Assembly (NCBI GenBank): GCA_049472315.1
Contig: JBLIRN010000009.1
Span: 20,375-84,374, forward strand
Origin: a bacterium
GTDB lineage: Bacteria; SZUA-182; DTGQ01; JAFGSM01
Length of the DNA: 64,000 nucleotides
Direction: 5' to 3'
The notes beneath the pieces are model-generated. The model was not told the DNA's origin and made no database searches. It worked only from the letters and a program-made list of their open reading frames with translations. How positions within the stretch are numbered: position 1 is the first letter of the stretch; each line of letters opens with the position of its first letter. The position numbers and the translations under genes are program-made. This document shows, piece by piece, positions 60,865 to 64,000 of this stretch.

Positions 60865-62646
60865 GTGGATGGTTTTGTGATAAAGGACATAATCAATGAG
60901 CTCCGATCCTGGGCGGTCCCCGGCATTATGCGGGAGATCGTGCAGGCCACGCCGGGCACCCTGTGGTTCAAGATAAAGGGAATGCGTCAGGAATGGGTAC
61001 TCCTTGCCGCAGGGGACCCCTTTTGTGGCATATACAGTACATCGAAGGAACCGGAAGAGAAGCGATGCGAATCGCCGTTCGGCGTTCTCCTTTCGAAACA
61101 TATGGCAGGGGCGGAAATAACGGATATCAGGGGGCAGGATCTGGAGCGAATCGTTCACCTGGACGTCATCCCTCGCCAGGCAGGGCATAGACTTCAACCC
61201 CATGTCCTGATTGCCGAATTGATCGATCGTTCCCCGAATCTGATCCTTATCGAAGGCGACACCGCACGAATTGTAGGATGCCTCAGGCAGGTATACGAGA
61301 CAAGGCGGAGGATTGCACCCGGGGAGGTATACACCCCCTTGCCCTCCTCAGCCAAACCGAATCCCCTGACTCTCAGCAGCGAGGCATTCAGGGAGGTGTT
61401 TGAGGCATATACCCCCGGCAGGAGGGTTTCCCTGTTTCTGGTCCGGAACCTTACGGGCCTGAGCCCTCACCTGGCAGAGGAGGTGGTGGCTCGTGCGGGA
61501 TGCCCCTCTTCATTCCCCCCCGATGAGCCGGTGCCGACGGACCGGTTGTGGAAGGGCCTGCAGGAGGTGATGGCGGCATACGGCTCTTCGCATCCCAAGC
61601 CGGTGGTCATCCTCCCTGAAGACGGGGATACGCCCCCGGTCCTTTCCTCCTTCCCCCTGGTATCCATGGCAGGTCAGGGGATTGAGAGGCGGTTTTCCCG
61701 GATGAGCGAGGCTGCGGCCTTTTTTCACGAACTCATCGATCGGATCAAGGCATCTCAGACCATTAAGAAGGGATTGGATGCGGAAATAAGGACTGCCCTG
61801 AAACGCTATGAAAAGAGGCTTGAAAACCTGGAGCGTGATCTTGACCGGCTCGGGGATGTGGAAACGGCCAAATACCTCGGAGACCTTATCATGACACACC
61901 TTCATCTGGTGAGAAAGGGAATGCGTGAGGTCTCTCTCCCCGATCTCGTGCGCGGAGAGGGCGAGATTTCGATTACCCTGGACCCCGCAAAGGGCCCCGT
62001 CCAGAATGCCCAGGCATATTTCAAGCGCCATGGCAAGGCCAAGAGGGGGCGTGCCATGGTGGAGGAACGGATGGCAGAGACGGAACGTGCGCTCAGGGTG
62101 TTGCGGGAGGCCGCACACAAGCTTGCAGGAGCGAGCGATGCCGAGGGGGTGCACGAGGTGGAATTGCTTGCCCGTCAAGTCATCCGGGGTTCCAGGCACC
62201 CGCATCACCCTCCGAGGCAACCGAGGAAGGGCCCCTTGCCGTGGGGAACAAAGAGGGCCCCTCAGGGGGTGAGACTATTCACCATAGATGAAACCTGGGA
62301 GGTATGGGTGGGAAAGACGGACAGGGGAAATGATCTGCTGATACGTGAACTGGCCAAGCCCGACGACATCTGGCTTCATGTGCACGATGCACCGGGGTCC
62401 CACGTGCTGATAAAAAATCCGAAGCGGATGGATCCGGTCCCCACGGACGTCATAGCGAAGGCCGCCGGTATAGCAGCCTATTACAGCCGAATGAGGGATG
62501 AAGGGAAGGTCCTGGTCGGGTATACGCAAAGAAGATTCGTCAGGAAGCCCAAGGGTATGAAACCGGGACAGGTCCTCGTTGACAAACAAAGGACCATAGC
62601 GGTCGAACCCTCCCTTCCGCGTATGGCCGAGAAGAAAGGAGATTAG
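60865..62646 (+). CDS. NFACT / RqcH (FbpA-like) ribosome quality control protein
   Basis: MDGFV, ERIV, LIAEL..R.PNLIL, NAQAYFK, WVGK....ND, DIWLH....PGSHV, AAYYS, PGQV. Confidence 0.9.
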   Translation: MDGFVIKDIINELRSWAVPGIMREIVQATPGTLWFKIKGMRQEWVLLAAGDPFCGIYSTSKEPEEKRCESPFGVLLSKHMAGAEITDIRGQDLERIVHLDVIPRQAGHRLQPHVLIAELIDRSPNLILIEGDTARIVGCLRQVYETRRRIAPGEVYTPLPSSAKPNPLTLSSEAFREVFEAYTPGRRVSLFLVRNLTGLSPHLAEEVVARAGCPSSFPPDEPVPTDRLWKGLQEVMAAYGSSHPKPVVILPEDGDTPPVLSSFPLVSMAGQGIERRFSRMSEAAAFFHELIDRIKASQTIKKGLDAEIRTALKRYEKRLENLERDLDRLGDVETAKYLGDLIMTHLHLVRKGMREVSLPDLVRGEGEISITLDPAKGPVQNAQAYFKRHGKAKRGRAMVEERMAETERALRVLREAAHKLAGASDAEGVHEVELLARQVIRGSRHPHHPPRQPRKGPLPWGTKRAPQGVRLFTIDETWEVWVGKTDRGNDLLIRELAKPDDIWLHVHDAPGSHVLIKNPKRMDPVPTDVIAKAAGIAAYYSRMRDEGKVLVGYTQRRFVRKPKGMKPGQVLVDKQRTIAVEPSLPRMAEKKGD

Positions 62647-64000
62647 TATCTGAACCCGTATCCGCTCAGGCCGGACGGATACATCGTGGATATCCCTCTC
62701 AGGAGGCTGCTCAACCCCGGATTCTGGATGATGGAGCGATACGAGGAAGAGAATCCTCCGATGCCGCCATACGGGTATGTCCCTGTGAATGATCTGGCAA
62801 ATGAGGAGGTGTTAAATGAGGGATACGAGGAAAAGGCGCTGCCCCTGTATGACTGGAAGGCATTCTGGGAAAAAAGCGATGACCGGCCTAATGAGCCATA
62901 GGAGAGATTTTGAGAGGGCAGGGTATAGGGGCGACTGAAATTGAATGAGGAAAGCCCCCCGTATAGGGATGTTCCGTAGGTGAATCCGGTCCTGGTGAAG
63001 CCGGAAGCGGATGAGGAGGTGGATGAGGAGGATTTCTTTTTGGTTCTGAAAGACCATGCATAGTCATAACTCAAGGGATGCCCCGTGCAATCCGAGGCCT
63101 CGGTGCTCACGGTCACCTGATAGCGTGTATCATAGTTCAAGGATGAATGAGGGGTGAGTACCAGTTTCGTACGATGCGTATTCCACGAGGATGCCACCGC
63201 GACCTGCGGTGAAATATCCAGCGCATCCGCCACGGAATCGGGCTCCATGGGCTCGGAAAAGACAAGGGCAATGGTGCTCTCTCGTGACACATCCCTTTGA
63301 TTGTCACTGGGGGATGCGCTCAACAGGGAAGGGGGCACGGTGTCATACATGCTCAGGCTGTTTCCCGTACCCATCCATACCCGTCCGAAATGGTCCATGG
63401 CCATTGTCCAGACATCCGGTCCCATGCCTGCCATGGGGACAATGTTCCAGTTTTCGCCCTCCACGATGGTAAGTCCTCCCAGGGTTCCGACGAACAACCG
63501 GTCCTGATGCGGATGCCACAGCAACGAGGTGCAGTAATCTTCAGGAAGGAAATCTCCTTGCCGGTCAAAGAGGGACCATGCATCGCTGCCGCTTTCGTAC
63601 ATGATGAGTCCGGCATTGCCGGCAAACCATATCCTCCCGGAATGCGATGCGATCGCGGAGATGAGCGGAAGGGATATCCCCAGTTGGGACTGGATATCCT
63701 GCGTGAGGGAGTGCCACGTCCATGATGCGGTATCCAGAAACTCGATTCCCCCGAAGGCGGTTCCTATCCACACCCGACCGTTTCCCTCCGGCAGGATCGT
63801 GGTGATCCAGTTGTCGGACAGGCCGCTGTTGATCGTGGTGTACGTGGTCCAGGACTGGCCGTCAAAACGGTATATGCCCGAGGATGACGAACCCGCCCAG
63901 ATGACGTCCTGTGCGTCGACAGCAATACAGGTAATGGTGTCACTGGTTAGAGGGGAATTCTGGCTGGTGTAGTGGAGCCACAAGCCCCCATTATACACAT
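62643..64000 (-). CDS. Surface/secreted protein: Reg_prop-type beta-propeller repeats, Ig-like (Big_5/SbsA-like) domain, S/G/Y/F-rich tail (5' end outside window)
   Basis: NSGLSDNWITTI, VWIGT..GG repeats; PPSLLSASP...FSEPM...L.YDTRYQVTV...YAWSFRT. Confidence 0.8.
   Translation of the reverse strand, partial: VYNGGLWLHYTSQNSPLTSDTITCIAVDAQDVIWAGSSSSGIYRFDGQSWTTYTTINSGLSDNWITTILPEGNGRVWIGTAFGGIEFLDTASWTWHSLTQDIQSQLGISLPLISAIASHSGRIWFAGNAGLIMYESGSDAWSLFDRQGDFLPEDYCTSLLWHPHQDRLFVGTLGGLTIVEGENWNIVPMAGMGPDVWTMAMDHFGRVWMGTGNSLSMYDTVPPSLLSASPSDNQRDVSRESTIALVFSEPMEPDSVADALDISPQVAVASSWNTHRTKLVLTPHSSLNYDTRYQVTVSTEASDCTGHPLSYDYAWSFRTKKKSSSSTSSSASGFTRTGFTYGTSLYGGLSSFNFSRPYTLPSQNLSYGSLGRSSLFSQNAFQSYRGSAFSSYPSFNTSSFARSFTGTYPYGGIGGFSSSYRSIIQNPGLSSLLRGISTMYPSGLSGYGFRY

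Overview
Origin-of-replication region of a bacterial chromosome, probably a diderm anaerobe with Deltaproteobacteria-like gene content; exact taxonomy cannot be read from the sequence. Core genes: end of the atp operon, ispH-rpsA-sppA-argS, the minus-strand block rpmH-rnpA-yidD-yidC-mnmE-(parS)-parA-parB-bactofilin, dnaA with DnaA boxes on both sides (bipartite oriC candidate), gyrB-gyrA, serS, two tRNA-Ser genes, a gmhA/tlyA cluster, ftsY-rib operon-nusB, several two-component genes, dacB, mnmA, yicC-DUF370-gmk-rpoZ-coaBC and an NFACT gene. The main novelty is a self-contained three-gene operon, cytochrome b + RnfC + RnfD, with no rnfG/E/A/B; it is a candidate minimal NADH:quinone-type redox module. 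Other highlights: a sigma54-driven secreted Tyr-Gly repeat protein; a sigma54 circuit feeding a catalytically dead GGDEF protein with an intact I-site; a degenerate ~48-bp tandem array directly after tRNA-Ser(UGA); a dispersed ~115-bp intergenic repeat family; short remnants of helicase defence and toxin-antitoxin genes; and absence of dnaN/recF and mnmG/rsmG from their usual positions. All calls come from manual motif recognition; no database searches were run.
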